Of a stretch of 64,000 nucleotides of DNA, positions 34,601 through 47,200 are shown piece after piece. The position numbers and the translations under genes were made by a program. Within the stretch, counting starts at the first letter, position 1; every line of letters starts with the position of its first letter. Source of the stretch: Macrostomum hystrix (lineage: Eukaryota; Animalia; Platyhelminthes); NCBI GenBank assembly GCA_950097015.1, contig CATNEN010000011.1, positions 1,736,001 to 1,800,000 of the forward strand, in the 5' to 3' direction. Below the pieces are notes generated by a model. The model was not told the DNA's origin and ran no database searches. It was given only the letters and a program-made list of their open reading frames with translations.

Positions 34601-37600
34601 TGCGTCTTCGTTGACATGATGAATGCGTCTTCGTTGGCATGACGAACGCGTCTTCGTTGACATGATGAATGCGTCTTCGTTGACATAAAGAATGCGTCTT
34701 TGTTGAAATAAAGAATGCGTCTTTGTTGACATAAAGAATGCGTCTTTGTTGACATAAAGAATGCGTCTTTGTTGACATGACGAATGCGTCTTCGTTGACA
34801 TGACGAATGCGTCTTCGTTGACATAAAGAATGCGCCTTTGTTGAAATAAAGAATGCGTCTTTGTTGAAATAAAGAATGCGTCTTTGTTGACATGACGAAT
34901 GCGTCTTCGTTGACATGACGAATGCGTCTTCGTTGACATGACGAATGCGTCTTCGCAGACACTGGGAATGTCTCTTTGTTTTAGCTTCCAGTGTCTTTGT
35001 TCCGAGTCGCTATATTTCAACTAAAAATGACCAACCATCGCACTGACAGGTGATGTCGCTTCACTCGGATGTTCTGCCGCAGTACAAGCAGGAGGCTCCT
35101 AAAACACCGCCTCATATTATTTTACACTACGCCGCATTCAAAACCACCTGGGACTGGATTATTCTGGTTCTAACCGGTTACACAGCAGTTATGGTCCCAT
35201 TCAACGTGGCTTTCAAAACCAAAACCATGGACGATGTCGCATTCCTAGTGCTAGACAGCATCGTTGACGTGGTATTCTTCATTGACATTGTGCTGAATTT
35301 TCACACTACATTTGTTGGACCGAACGGCGAGGTGATATCGGACCCGTCAATAATTCGAGTCAACTATCTCAAAGGCTGGTTCGTGATTGACCTGCTCTCC
35401 TGCCTGCCCTACGATGTGTTCAACGCATTTCAGCCCGAGTCCTCTGAGGTGACCGCTCTGTTTACACACCTTGCGTGTTCACAGTTTTATTGCATTTCTG
35501 TCTAACCATTGTTTGTTCAAGCTGACAACCTGCTGGCTACCTGGGTAATCATGCGGAATGAATAGAAAAAATAGCATGCACTTTAATCTGCCAATCCTCA
35601 GGGCGGTATCAGCAGTTTGTTCAGCGCCCTGAAAGTGGTTCGCCTATTGCGCATCGGTAGAGTGGCTCGCAAAGTGGACCAATACCTTGAGTACGGCGCC
35701 GCCCTACTCATCCTGATGATCTTCGGCTTCGTGATGCTGGCGCACTGGATGGCCTGCATCTGGTACACCATCGGTGTGCGCGACCTCGAACTGGAGATCT
35801 GGTACGGCTGGATACCGCGCCTAGCCAATGACACTCTGACTCCACAGAATTGGACAAAGACTAGCTACCAGACTGTGTTACCGGAAAAGTCCATGGCCTA
35901 CTTGACTTCGCTGTACTTCACATTGTCGCTACTGACCAGCGTGGGATTTGGCAATGTGGCCGCCTATACAGAGGGCGAGAAGGCTGTTGTTGTGGTCTTT
36001 ATGCTGCTTGGAGGTTGGTCTTTGTGCTCATTGTGCTCTGTATTTAAGCTTTTTTAGTGCAAGCTCTAACGGGGAAATCACCCAATAAGAATGGGGACAC
36101 GATGACCTTGAAATCTGTGTACGACTGGGAGGATAATGACCTTGATATATTTAATGACCGCGAGGATAATGACCTTGACAGATTCAATGACCGTGAGGAT
36201 AATGACCTTGACATATCTAGTGACTGTGAGGATAATGACCTTGACATATTTAGTGACTGTGAGGATAATGACCTTGACATATTTAGTGACTGTGAGGAAA
36301 ATGACCTTGACATATTTAGTGACTGTGAGGAAAATGACCTTGACATATCTAGTGACTGTGAGGATAATGACGTTGACATATTTAGTGATTGTGAGGATAT
36401 TGACCTTGAAATATTCCAGAAAAAATAGATAAGACAAGATAAGAAGGATCAGGAGCGAACCCTGACATGGACCTTAATTAAGCTACTGTAGAACGCAATG
36501 CGATCTGTAGAAAAGTCCAAGAGAAATCTAATTTCAATTTCTTAGAAACGAAGGTTAGGAAGCAAATGTTACTGAATGTAATTTTTTCCGAACAGAAAGT
36601 CATCGAAATTCGTTGCATTGTATTCTTTTGCTTTGACTTCTGTTTTTTTTCGTGATTGAAGCAAGCCTTGTTACAGAAGAATTTCAATAACTCAATTCGG
36701 TCTACACCTGCTGAACTTCACATCGGGAACGCTTGCAATCGATCTAGTTTTCTCATTCTCTCGCCAGGATTCACATCTAGCGGGGGGGTCAGTCAATAAG
36801 ATTGTAAAGAATCGTTTACTCATTATAAATCAGATGAAAATGGATGGGGCCTACACCGTAATACGGCCCAATGGATAGACACTTGGATTAGATAAAAGTA
36901 CACGTGAAAGTTCTCAGTCTGAGGCGTACTTTTCAGCCCTATAATATCGAGAGTGATGCTGGCTGGTACCAGAGTGTACCATTTTTTTAAAGTCCGACTA
37001 CGCTCTGTCTCTGTGGCCGATTTGTCAAACTTCAGTGGGGTGTCTGCGAGCTCTGTTGCTTAGCAACTGGTTCTCTCGATGGAAAGAACTTTTTCTTTCA
37101 AGAAATCAGCTCTTTTGCTTTTGTTGGGGGTAATTGGCATTCTGGAGAGTTGATTCCCCCAGTGACTGTGGCATGCGCACAATTATTCCATTCTATTCCA
37201 TTCTATTCTATTCTATTCTATTCCATTCTATTCCATTCTATTCCATTCTATTCCATTCTATTCCATTCTATTCCATTCTATGCCATTCTATTATATTCTA
37301 TTCCATTCTATTCCATTCTATTCTATTCTATTCTACTGCATTCTATTCTATTCTATTCTATTCTATTATATTCCATTCTATTCTATTCCATTCTATTCCA
37401 TTCTATTATATTCCATTCTATTCTATTCCATTCTATTCCATTCTATTCTATTCCATTCTATTCCATTCTATTATATTCCATTCTATTCCATTCTATTATA
37501 TTCCATTCTATTCTATTCCATTCTATTCCATTCTATTCCATTCTATTCCATTCTATTCCATTCTATTCTATTCCATTCTATTCCATTCTATTATAATCCA

Positions 37601-40600
37601 TTCTATTCTATTCCATTCTATTCCATTCTATTCCATTCTATTCTATTCTATTCCATTCTATTCTATTCTATTCTATTCTATTCTATTCCATTCCATTCTA
37701 TTCCATTCTTTTCCATTCTTTTCCATTCTATTTCATTCTATGCCATTCTATTATATTCTATTATATTCTATTCCATTCTATTCCATTCTATTCCATTCTA
37801 TTCCATTCTATTCTGTTCTATTCTATTCTACTCCATTCTATTCCATTCTATTATATTATATTCTATTCTATTCCATTTTACTCCGTTCTATTCCATTCTA
37901 TTTTATTCCATTCTATTCTATTCTATTCTATTCCATTCTATTCCATTCTATTATATTCTATTATATTCTATTATATTCCATTCTTTTCTATTCCATTATA
38001 TTCCATTCTATTATATTCCATTCTATTCTATTCCATTCTATTCCATTCTATTCTATTCTATTCCATTATATTCTATTCTTTTCTATTCAAATTTATAATA
38101 TCATATCATATTCAATTTAATTATATTATATTCTTATCTATTTCTGCTACGCCAATTAACAACTATTTTGGACAAAGAGCTTTCTCACACCTTATCAAAT
38201 AGTCCAAAAACGAGTCCCACTTTAGACATTTGACAATCTAATTAATATCCATTATAGCATTCACAAACACACCCTCACAATGATAATGTAGTGATTAATT
38301 GCGCAAATGTCATTTACAATCGATACTGTCGGATAAACGGAGCAGATTATTTGACCTCAGCTCTGCACAAATATGTGTTGTTGTTCTCAAAGCTAATAAG
38401 TACTGTACTCGTTAAACTGTACAAAGATAAGTACTGTAAACAGGCTTCACTATTTGGATAGATTCTGTGATCAATATCGACACTGACATAAAACAGACAG
38501 ACAGATTGGGAGTGGCTGATTAGGGAGGCTTAGTGTAGATTCGAGTACTCGAAAATATTAGTTGCTATGCAACATTTTGCTTAATATCTTTGGGCGGGGT
38601 TGAAATTAATCCATAGGTGAGACTCTATGAAACTTAGTATTAATAGACAAAGTTAAAGCAGCAGCAGCAGCAGCAGCAGCCAAAGGTATAAAAGAGATTT
38701 AGTCAGAGTACCAATTTTTTGTCTCTAGGCCTTCTTAACCATAAATCAACTACCAATGATATATGAGAACATTTATCACGCATCTTGGAGCCAACTGGGA
38801 TTAGGATCAAGTTTATCAATAATCCGTATAGATCAGGCAAATCTGATGCTGATAGATTTGGATTAGTTAGAAATAATCGAGATGAATTCAAGCAATACAG
38901 AACAGGTATATCACCTGAGATTCTATGACCTGAAGGATGAGATTGTATCTATCACCTAAAGGATGAGATTGTATCACCTGAAGGATGAGATTGTATCTAT
39001 CACCTGAAGGATGAGATTCTATGACCTGAAGGATGAGATTGTATCTATCACCTGAAGGATGAGATTCTATGACCTGAAGGATGAGATTGTATCTATCACC
39101 TGAAGGATGAGATTGTATCTATCACCTAAAGGATGAGATTGTATCACCTGAAGGATGAGATTGTATCTATCACCTGAAGGATGAGATTCTATGACCTGAA
39201 GGATGAGATTGTATCTATCACCTGAAGGATGAGATTCTATGACCTGAAGGATAAGATTGTATCTATCACCTGAAGGATGAGATTGTATCACCTGAAGGAT
39301 GAGATTGTATCACCTGAATGATGAGATTTTATCTATCACCTGAATGATGAGATTGTATCTATCACCTGAAGGATGAGATTGTATCACCTGAAGGATGAGA
39401 TTGTATCGACTATATAGATTTGCTCAATGGAATGATAGCTAGGGCTGTAATGTTGGAACAAAGATAAACGCACTAGACAGTTTAAACAGGGCAGATTAGG
39501 TCGGAGGAAAACATTGCAGATATATTTGCACAACAGACCAAACAGGATGAAGAGAATCCTTTTTTACAAGACCTGCTCACGTTTGTCGCTTCGTTATAGT
39601 TGATCACTAAAAAATGCGTAACTTAAGAATATTTTAAGCAGCACATTTTCAGCCTGTATATTTGAGTTATGGTATTTTAGCCAATTAAAAAAATAAAAAT
39701 GGAAAAATTGACTGACAGGTCGTCAATTTTTTGGCCAGTCTGTCACACCTGTCTCTCAGGGGCAGGCTTAAGCGTTAATTAAATGATTAAAAAATGCAGG
39801 CTTCGCCGGAATGAAGGGAGGGTCTAATTAAATTGATTTTTAATCCATAAAAGGATTCCGAACGAGACAATTAAAATGTCTCTCAGCATGACCTTTAGAA
39901 TCCACAGTCGTAATGAATGAATAACTTACACCCCTGAACGATTGCTGATAGCGATAGCGAAGTCTCCCCATTACCCTCAACTCCTCTTGTTAAATCTCTA
40001 ACCGTTCAACGATCAACCGTTCTACCGTCCAGCCAAGCAAATAATGCTGATTGGCTGGCAAATGTCCCTTATCTTTATCGTCAATCTCTACCCCTCTAAC
40101 CATTGCTGATTGGCTGTAAAGTGTCCCCCTACCCTTATCGTTAATCTCTACCCCTTAACGATTGCTGATTGGCTATCGTGTCCCGTTACGCTGATTGTCA
40201 ATCTCTACCCCTTAACCATTGCTGATTGGCTAGAAAATATCCCCCTTACGAGCGTACCCTAACCAGCCAATCTGACTTTCTATGAAAATTTCTACCATTT
40301 CTTGGTTTTTTTGTCTTACGGGTTTTCTTTTGGACTTTAACTAATCCTTATACGATGCTATGCTTTTCCGATTGAACAGCAAGTTACCATTACAAAATCC
40401 AAACATTTCAGCACTCGTCTACGCCACCATCTTCGGTAACGTGACAACGATTTTCCAACAGATGTACGCCTCTCGGGCCAGATATCACGAAATGATGAAC
40501 AGCATCAAGGAGTTCATGAAGATCCACGACGTGCCTAGAGAACTGGGAGAGCGAGTGATGGATTACGTCACCTCATCCTGGGCTATTACAAAAGGCATTG

Positions 40601-40980
40601 ATACTACAAAGGTGAATAGACCTGCTGTAAATCATGAATTGACAGCAGGTCATTGAAATCTATGAATTAATAGATAAACAAAGACCTATCTATCTATTCA
40701 TCAATCGGTCAATTTATTTACTGATCTGTCTATCTATTTATCTATAAATCTCTCAATCGATCAATCAATCAATAAATCAACCATCAATCGATCATCGCAT
40801 AGCGAGCGACATGATTAGCAGCATCTAGTAATGATTAATGATAAAAAATCTGCTAATCACAGAATCTATGAATCACCCAATCAATCAATCAATTAATCGA
40901 TCAATCAACCAACCAACCAACCAACCAGTCAATCAATCAATCAATCAATCAAGCAATCAACCAACCAACCAACCAACCAG

Positions 40981-41028
<48 letters not shown>

Positions 41029-41148
41029 CCAACCAACCAACCAACCTGTCAATCAATCAATCAATTAATCAATCAATCAACCAACCAACCAACCAATCAA
41101 TCAATAAATCAATCAATCAATCAATCAACTAACCAACCAACCAACCAG

Positions 41149-41184
<36 letters not shown>

Positions 41185-41196
41185 CCAACCAACCAG

Positions 41197-41228
<32 letters not shown>

Positions 41229-41248
41229 CCAACCAACCAACCAACCAG

Positions 41249-41284
<36 letters not shown>

Positions 41285-44200
41285 CCAACCAACCAACCAA
41301 CCAGTCAATCAATCAACTAATCAATCAGTTTCAATCTCCCTGTCTACCTCTATCGCAGTCTCTCTCATGGAACTCCCCATTTTCCACGGGAAAGTGTATT
41401 TCCGTTTTATTCTGCTCTCTTTCTGTCTCTCTCCTCTGTGCACTCTCTGATCCCGGTGTCGCACTTTTGCTAACTCGCTCAGGCATGCTAGGCAGGCCAG
41501 CCCCACCAGTGCACCAGCAGCTTCAATCAAGCCCCGCGCACGATCGGATAGGCCTCAGAAATTGTCCCAGTGAGACCGAATTGGGTCTCACCGCTAGATC
41601 CCTAACTACCCTTTCGCCCCTCACGCGGCGACCTTTCGTAGGATGCCTCAACGTACCCTGGCACAGCACCAGCCTTCCGCTGTCTGCTTTCCCTGCAAGA
41701 AAGTCCCAAAACCGCCAAATTCTCCCCAACGTGCCCCCTTTGCAATGCCTCCCCCGTAATCCACAGAATTTGCAGCGAGACTTCCTATCTTTGAATCCAG
41801 CCTGAAGTTCCTCAGCAGTTGTCGTGGCAGTCTTTGAATAATTTATATTGCGCTGTTTCTCAGCAAGCAATTTCACTTTGCCTCTCTCCCTCTTTCTCCG
41901 TCTCTGCTTCTTGCAGAAAATTGTCTAGTGAACTAGCTTCAGCGTGTGATGCTTCGCTGTGTTTGATTCTGAATAGAATTGAATCACGACTAGATCGAAT
42001 GTCATCGGGGGTTCGATTGCGGTGGAAAACTTTTGTGTACTTTTGGCCAGAAAGTTCACTTTTAATTGCTTCAGTTCACTCATGGGGTGGGTCGACAGTC
42101 CATGGACCGTGGAACTATGTCTGTGTCCAGATAGGATCTGTGTATACCAGCGATGATAGCAGCAATCGAATGATGTGTCAATCGAGAGAGCTACTCGTAA
42201 AAAAACAGGAAATATGAATATGAAGACTTAATATTCACATCAATCGGACGCCAATGATAGTGGGCATCGTATTCGACCGCGACTATATCGCATTTGGGGA
42301 TTGCATCCCCATTCCCAAACCCTATTAGTTCAAGTCGGTTGCACTAAGAAGGAAAGAGAAAGACACTAATCCGTTTGAGGTACGGTTGGGGTGTGTGTAA
42401 ACTGAAGCTCGGCTTTGCCACAGTGCAAATATATAGCTAAAAATATGCATGTTCTTTTCTCAAAGAATAATTTCTAATGCCGAATTCTTAGCAATTTGTA
42501 AAGTCTTGGCCTTATATAATTGTATACAACACACTCGAGAACTATTTGAGTCCAAAGGCGACATCCTTTAATTTGAAGTGACACTGAAGAAATAGTTGGA
42601 CTATGATTTTTCTGAGAAACTAGTACAGACTTAATGGCCAGAAAAGTTTTAGCTCGCGCTGTTGGTTTAGCACACAATGTCCGTATGCTTAGTCTGTCAG
42701 ACTCGAAAGGATTTGAAGCAGAAATACAGCAAAGCCAGAACAAATATTGGCGATGTTGGACAACAAGATGGAATTCACGAACACAGTTCCTTTACTTTCT
42801 GTGTGTGGAGATCATTTCTCTAGGTGAGCTTTGAGACTGCTCCAGTCTAGATGCCAGTGAATGGTTCAGGGTTTCCCATGTGAACTCAAAAAACCAAGAG
42901 CTGAGCACCTTAGGGCTAAGGATTTGATTCTTCCGTTTGTGAAGTCTCAATCCCTTCCATCAGTTTGAGCAGTCTCAATCCCTTCCATCAGTTTCAGCAG
43001 TCTCAATCCCTCACCTGATCCTTCAGTTTGAGCAGTCTCAATCCCTTCCATCAGTTTGAGCAGTCTCAATCCCTTCCATCAGTTTGAGCAGTCTCAATCC
43101 CTTCCATCAGTTTGAGCAGTCTCAATCCCTCACCTGATCCTTCAGTTTGAGCAGTCTCAATCCCTCACTTGATCCTTCAGTTTGAGCAGTCTCAATCCCT
43201 TCCATCAGTTTGAGCAGTCTCAATCCCTCACCTGATCCTTCAGTTTGAGCAGTCTCAATCCCTAACTTGATCCTTCAGTTTGAGCAGTCTCAATCCCTTC
43301 CATCAGTTTGAGCAGTCTCAATCCCTCACCTGATCCTTCAGTTTGAGCAGTCTCAATCCCTCACTTGATCCTTCAGTTTGAGCAGTCTCAATCCCTTCCA
43401 TCAGTTTGAGCAGTCTCAATCCCTCACTTGATCCTTCAGTTTGAGCAGTCTCAATTCCTTCCATCAGTTTGAGCAGTCTCAATCCCTCACTTGATCCTTC
43501 AGTTTGAGCAGTCTCAATCCCTCACTTGATCCTACAGTTTGAGCAGTCTCAATCCCTCACCTGATCCTTCAGTTTGAGCAGTCTCAATCCCTCACCTGAT
43601 CCTTCAGTTTGAGCAGTCTCAATCCCTCACTTGATCCTTCAGTTTGAGCAGTCTCAATCCCTTCAATCAGTTTGAGCAGTCTCAATCCCTCACCTGATCC
43701 TTCAGTTTGAGCAGTCTCAATCCCTCACCTGATCCTTCAGTTTGAGCAGTCTCAATCCCTCACTTGATCCTTCAGTTTGAGCAGTCTCAATCCCTTCAAT
43801 CAGTTTGAGCAGTCTCAATCCCTTCCATCAGTTTGAGCAGTCTCAATCCCTCACCTGATCCTTCAGTTTGAGCAGTCTCAATCCCTCACTTGATCCTTCA
43901 GTTTGAGCAGTCTCAATCCCTTCCATCAGTTTGAGCAGTCTCAATCCCTCACTTGATCCTTCAGTTTGAGCAGTCTCAATCCCTCACTTGATCCTTCAGT
44001 TTGAGCAGTCTCAATCCCTCACTTGATCCTTCAGTTTGAGCAGTCTCAATCCCTCACTTGATCCTTCAGTTTGAGCAGTCTCAATCCCTCACTTGATCCT
44101 TCAGTTTGAGCAGTCTCAATCCCTCACCTGATCCTTCAGTTTGAGCAGTCTCAATCCCTCACTTGATCCTTCAGTTTGAGCAGTCTCAATCCCTTCCATC

Positions 44201-47200
44201 AGTTTGAGCAGTCTCAATCCCTCACCTGATCCTTCAGTTTGAGCAGTCTCAATCCCTCACTTGATCCTTCAGTTTGAGCAGTCTCAATCCCTTCCATCAG
44301 TTTGAGCAGTCTCAATCCCTCACTTGATCCTTCAGTTTGAGCAGTCTCAATTCCTTCCATCAGTTTGAGCAGTCTCAATCCCTCACTTGATCCTTCAGTT
44401 TGAGCAGTCTCAATCCCTCACTTGATCCTTCAGTTTGAGCAGTCTCAATCCCTTCAATCAGTTTGAGCAGTCTCAATCCCTCACCTGATCCTTCAGTTTG
44501 AGCAGTCTCAATCCCTCACTTGATCCTTCAGTTTGAGCAGTCTCAATCCCTTCCATCAGTTTGAGCAGTCTCAATCCCTCACTTGATCCTTCAGTTTGAG
44601 CAGTCTCAATTCCTTCCATCAGTTTGAGCAGTCTCAATCCCTCACTTGATCCTTCAGTTTGAGCAGTCTCAATCCCTCACTTGATCCTTCAGTTTGAGCA
44701 GTCTCAATCCCTCACCTGATCCTTCAGTTTAAGCAGTCTCAATCCCTCACCTGATCCTTCAGTTTGAGCAGTCTCAATCCCTCACTTGATCCTTCAGTTT
44801 GAGCAGTCTCAATCCCTTCCATCAGTTTGAGCAGTCTCAATCCCTCACCTGATCCTTCAGTTTGAGCAGTCTCAATCCCTCACTTGATCCTTCAGTTTGA
44901 GCAGTCTCAATCCCTCACCTGATCCTTCAGTTTGAGCAGTCTCAATCCCTCACTTGATCCTTCAGTTTGAGCAGTCTCAATCCCTTCCATCAGTTTGAGC
45001 AGTCTCAATCCCTCACTTGATCCTTCAGTTTGAGCAGTCTCAATCCCTCACTTGATCCTTCAGTTTGAGCAGTCTCAATCCCTCACTTGATCCTTCAGTT
45101 TGAGCAGTCTCAATCCCTCACCTGATCCTTCAGTTTGAGCAGTCTCAACTGCACACCTGATCCTTCAGTTTGAGCAGTCTCAAGATCTCACCTGATCCTT
45201 CAGTTTGAGCAGTCTCAATCCCTCACTTGATCCTTCAGTTTGAGCAGTCTCAATCCCTCACCTGATCCTTCAGTTTGAGCAGTCTCAATCCCTCACTTGA
45301 TCCTTCAGTTTGAGCAGTCTCAATCCCTCACCTGATCCTTCAGTTTGAGCAGTCTCAATCCCTCACCTGATCCTTCAGTTTGAGCAGTCTCAATCCCTCA
45401 CCTGATCCTTCAGTTTGAGCAGTCTCAACTGCACACCTGATCCTTCAGCTTGAGCAGTCTCAACTGCACACCTGATCCTTCAGTTTGAGCAGTCTCAATC
45501 CCTCACTTGATCCTTCAGTTTGAGCAGTCTCAATCCCTCACCTGATCCTTCAGTTTGAGCAGTCTCAATCCCTCACTTGATCCTTCAGTTTGAGCAGTCT
45601 CAATCCCTTCCATCAGTTTGAGCAGTCTCAATCCCTCACCTGATCCTTCAGTTTGAGCAGTCTCAATCCCTAACTTGATCCTTCAGTTTGAGCAGTCTCA
45701 ATCCCTTCCATCAGTTTGAGCAGTCTCAATCCCTCACCTGATCCTTCAGTTTGAGCAGTCTCAATCCCTCACTTGATCCTTCAGTTTGAGCAGTCTCAAT
45801 CCCTTCCATCAGTTTGAGCAGTCTCAATCCCTCACTTGATCCTTCAGTTTGAGCAGTCTCAATTCCTTCCATCAGTTTGAGCAGTCTCAATCCCTCACTT
45901 GATCCTTCAGTTTGAGCAGTCTCAATCCCTCACTTGATCCTTCAGTTTGAGCAGTCTCAATCCCTCACCTGATCCTTCAGTTTAAGCAGTCTCAATCCCT
46001 CACCTGATCCTTCAGTTTGAGCAGTCTCAATCCCTCACTTGATCCTTCAGTTTGAGCAGTCTCAATCCCTTCCATCAGTTTGAGCAGTCTCAATCCCTCA
46101 CCTGATCCTTCAGTTTGAGCAGTCTCAATCCCTCACTTGATCCTTCAGTTTGAGCAGTCTCAATCCCTCACCTGATCCTTCAGTTTGAGCAGTCTCAATC
46201 CCTCACTTGATCCTTCAGTTTGAGCAGTCTCAATCCCTTCCATCAGTTTGAGCAGTCTCAATCCCTCACTTGATCCTTCAGTTTGAGCAGTCTCAATCCC
46301 TCACTTGATCCTTCAGTTTGAGCAGTCTCAATCCCTCACTTGATCCTTCAGTTTGAGCAGTCTCAATCCCTCACCTGATCCTTCAGTTTGAGCAGTCTCA
46401 ACTGCACACCTGATCCTTCAGTTTGAGCAGTCTCAAGATCTCACCTGATCCTTCAGTTTGAGCAGTCTCAATCCCTCACTTGATCCTTCAGTTTGAGCAG
46501 TCTCAATCCCTCACCTGATCCTTCAGTTTGAGCAGTCTCAATCCCTCACTTGATCCTTCAGTTTGAGCAGTCTCAATCCCTCACCTGATCCTTCAGTTTG
46601 AGCAGTCTCAATCCCTCACCTGATCCTTCAGTTTGAGCAGTCTCAATCCCTCACCTGATCCTTCAGTTTGAGCAGTCTCAACTGCACACCTGATCCTTCA
46701 GCTTGAGCAGTCTCAACTGCACACCTGATCCTTCAGTTTGAGCAGTCTCAATCCCTCACTTGATCCTTCAGTTTGAGCAGTCTCAATCCCTCACCTGATC
46801 CTTCAGTTTGAGCAGTCTCAACTGCACACCTGATCCTTCAGTTTGAGCAGTCTCAAGATCTCACCTGATCCTTCAGTTTGAGCAGTCTCAATCCCTCACT
46901 TGATCCTTCAGTTTGAGCAGTCTCAATCCCTCACCTGATCCTTCAGTTTGAGCAGTCTCAATCCCTCACTTGATCCTTCAGTTTGAGCAGTCTCAATCCC
47001 TCACCTGATCCTTCAGTTTGAGCAGTCTCAATCCCTCACCTGATCCTTCAGTTTGAGCAGTCTCAATCCCTCACCTGATCCTTCAGTTTGAGCAGTCTCA
47101 ACTGCACACCTGATCCTTCAGTTTGAGCAGTCTCAAGATCTCACCTGATCCTTCAGTTTGAGCAGTCTCAATCCCTCACTTGATCCTTCAGTTTGAGCAG

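Noticed and set aside
33997-35020. Long ORFs in three minus frames
   Set aside because: The same peptide appears in all frames because the unit is 23 bp, so these are repeat artefacts.
36057-36437. Acidic ([11 protein letters not shown])n ORF just after eag exon 6
   Set aside because: A 33-bp minisatellite. Exon 6 splices in phase directly to exon 7 and no acceptor supports inclusion.
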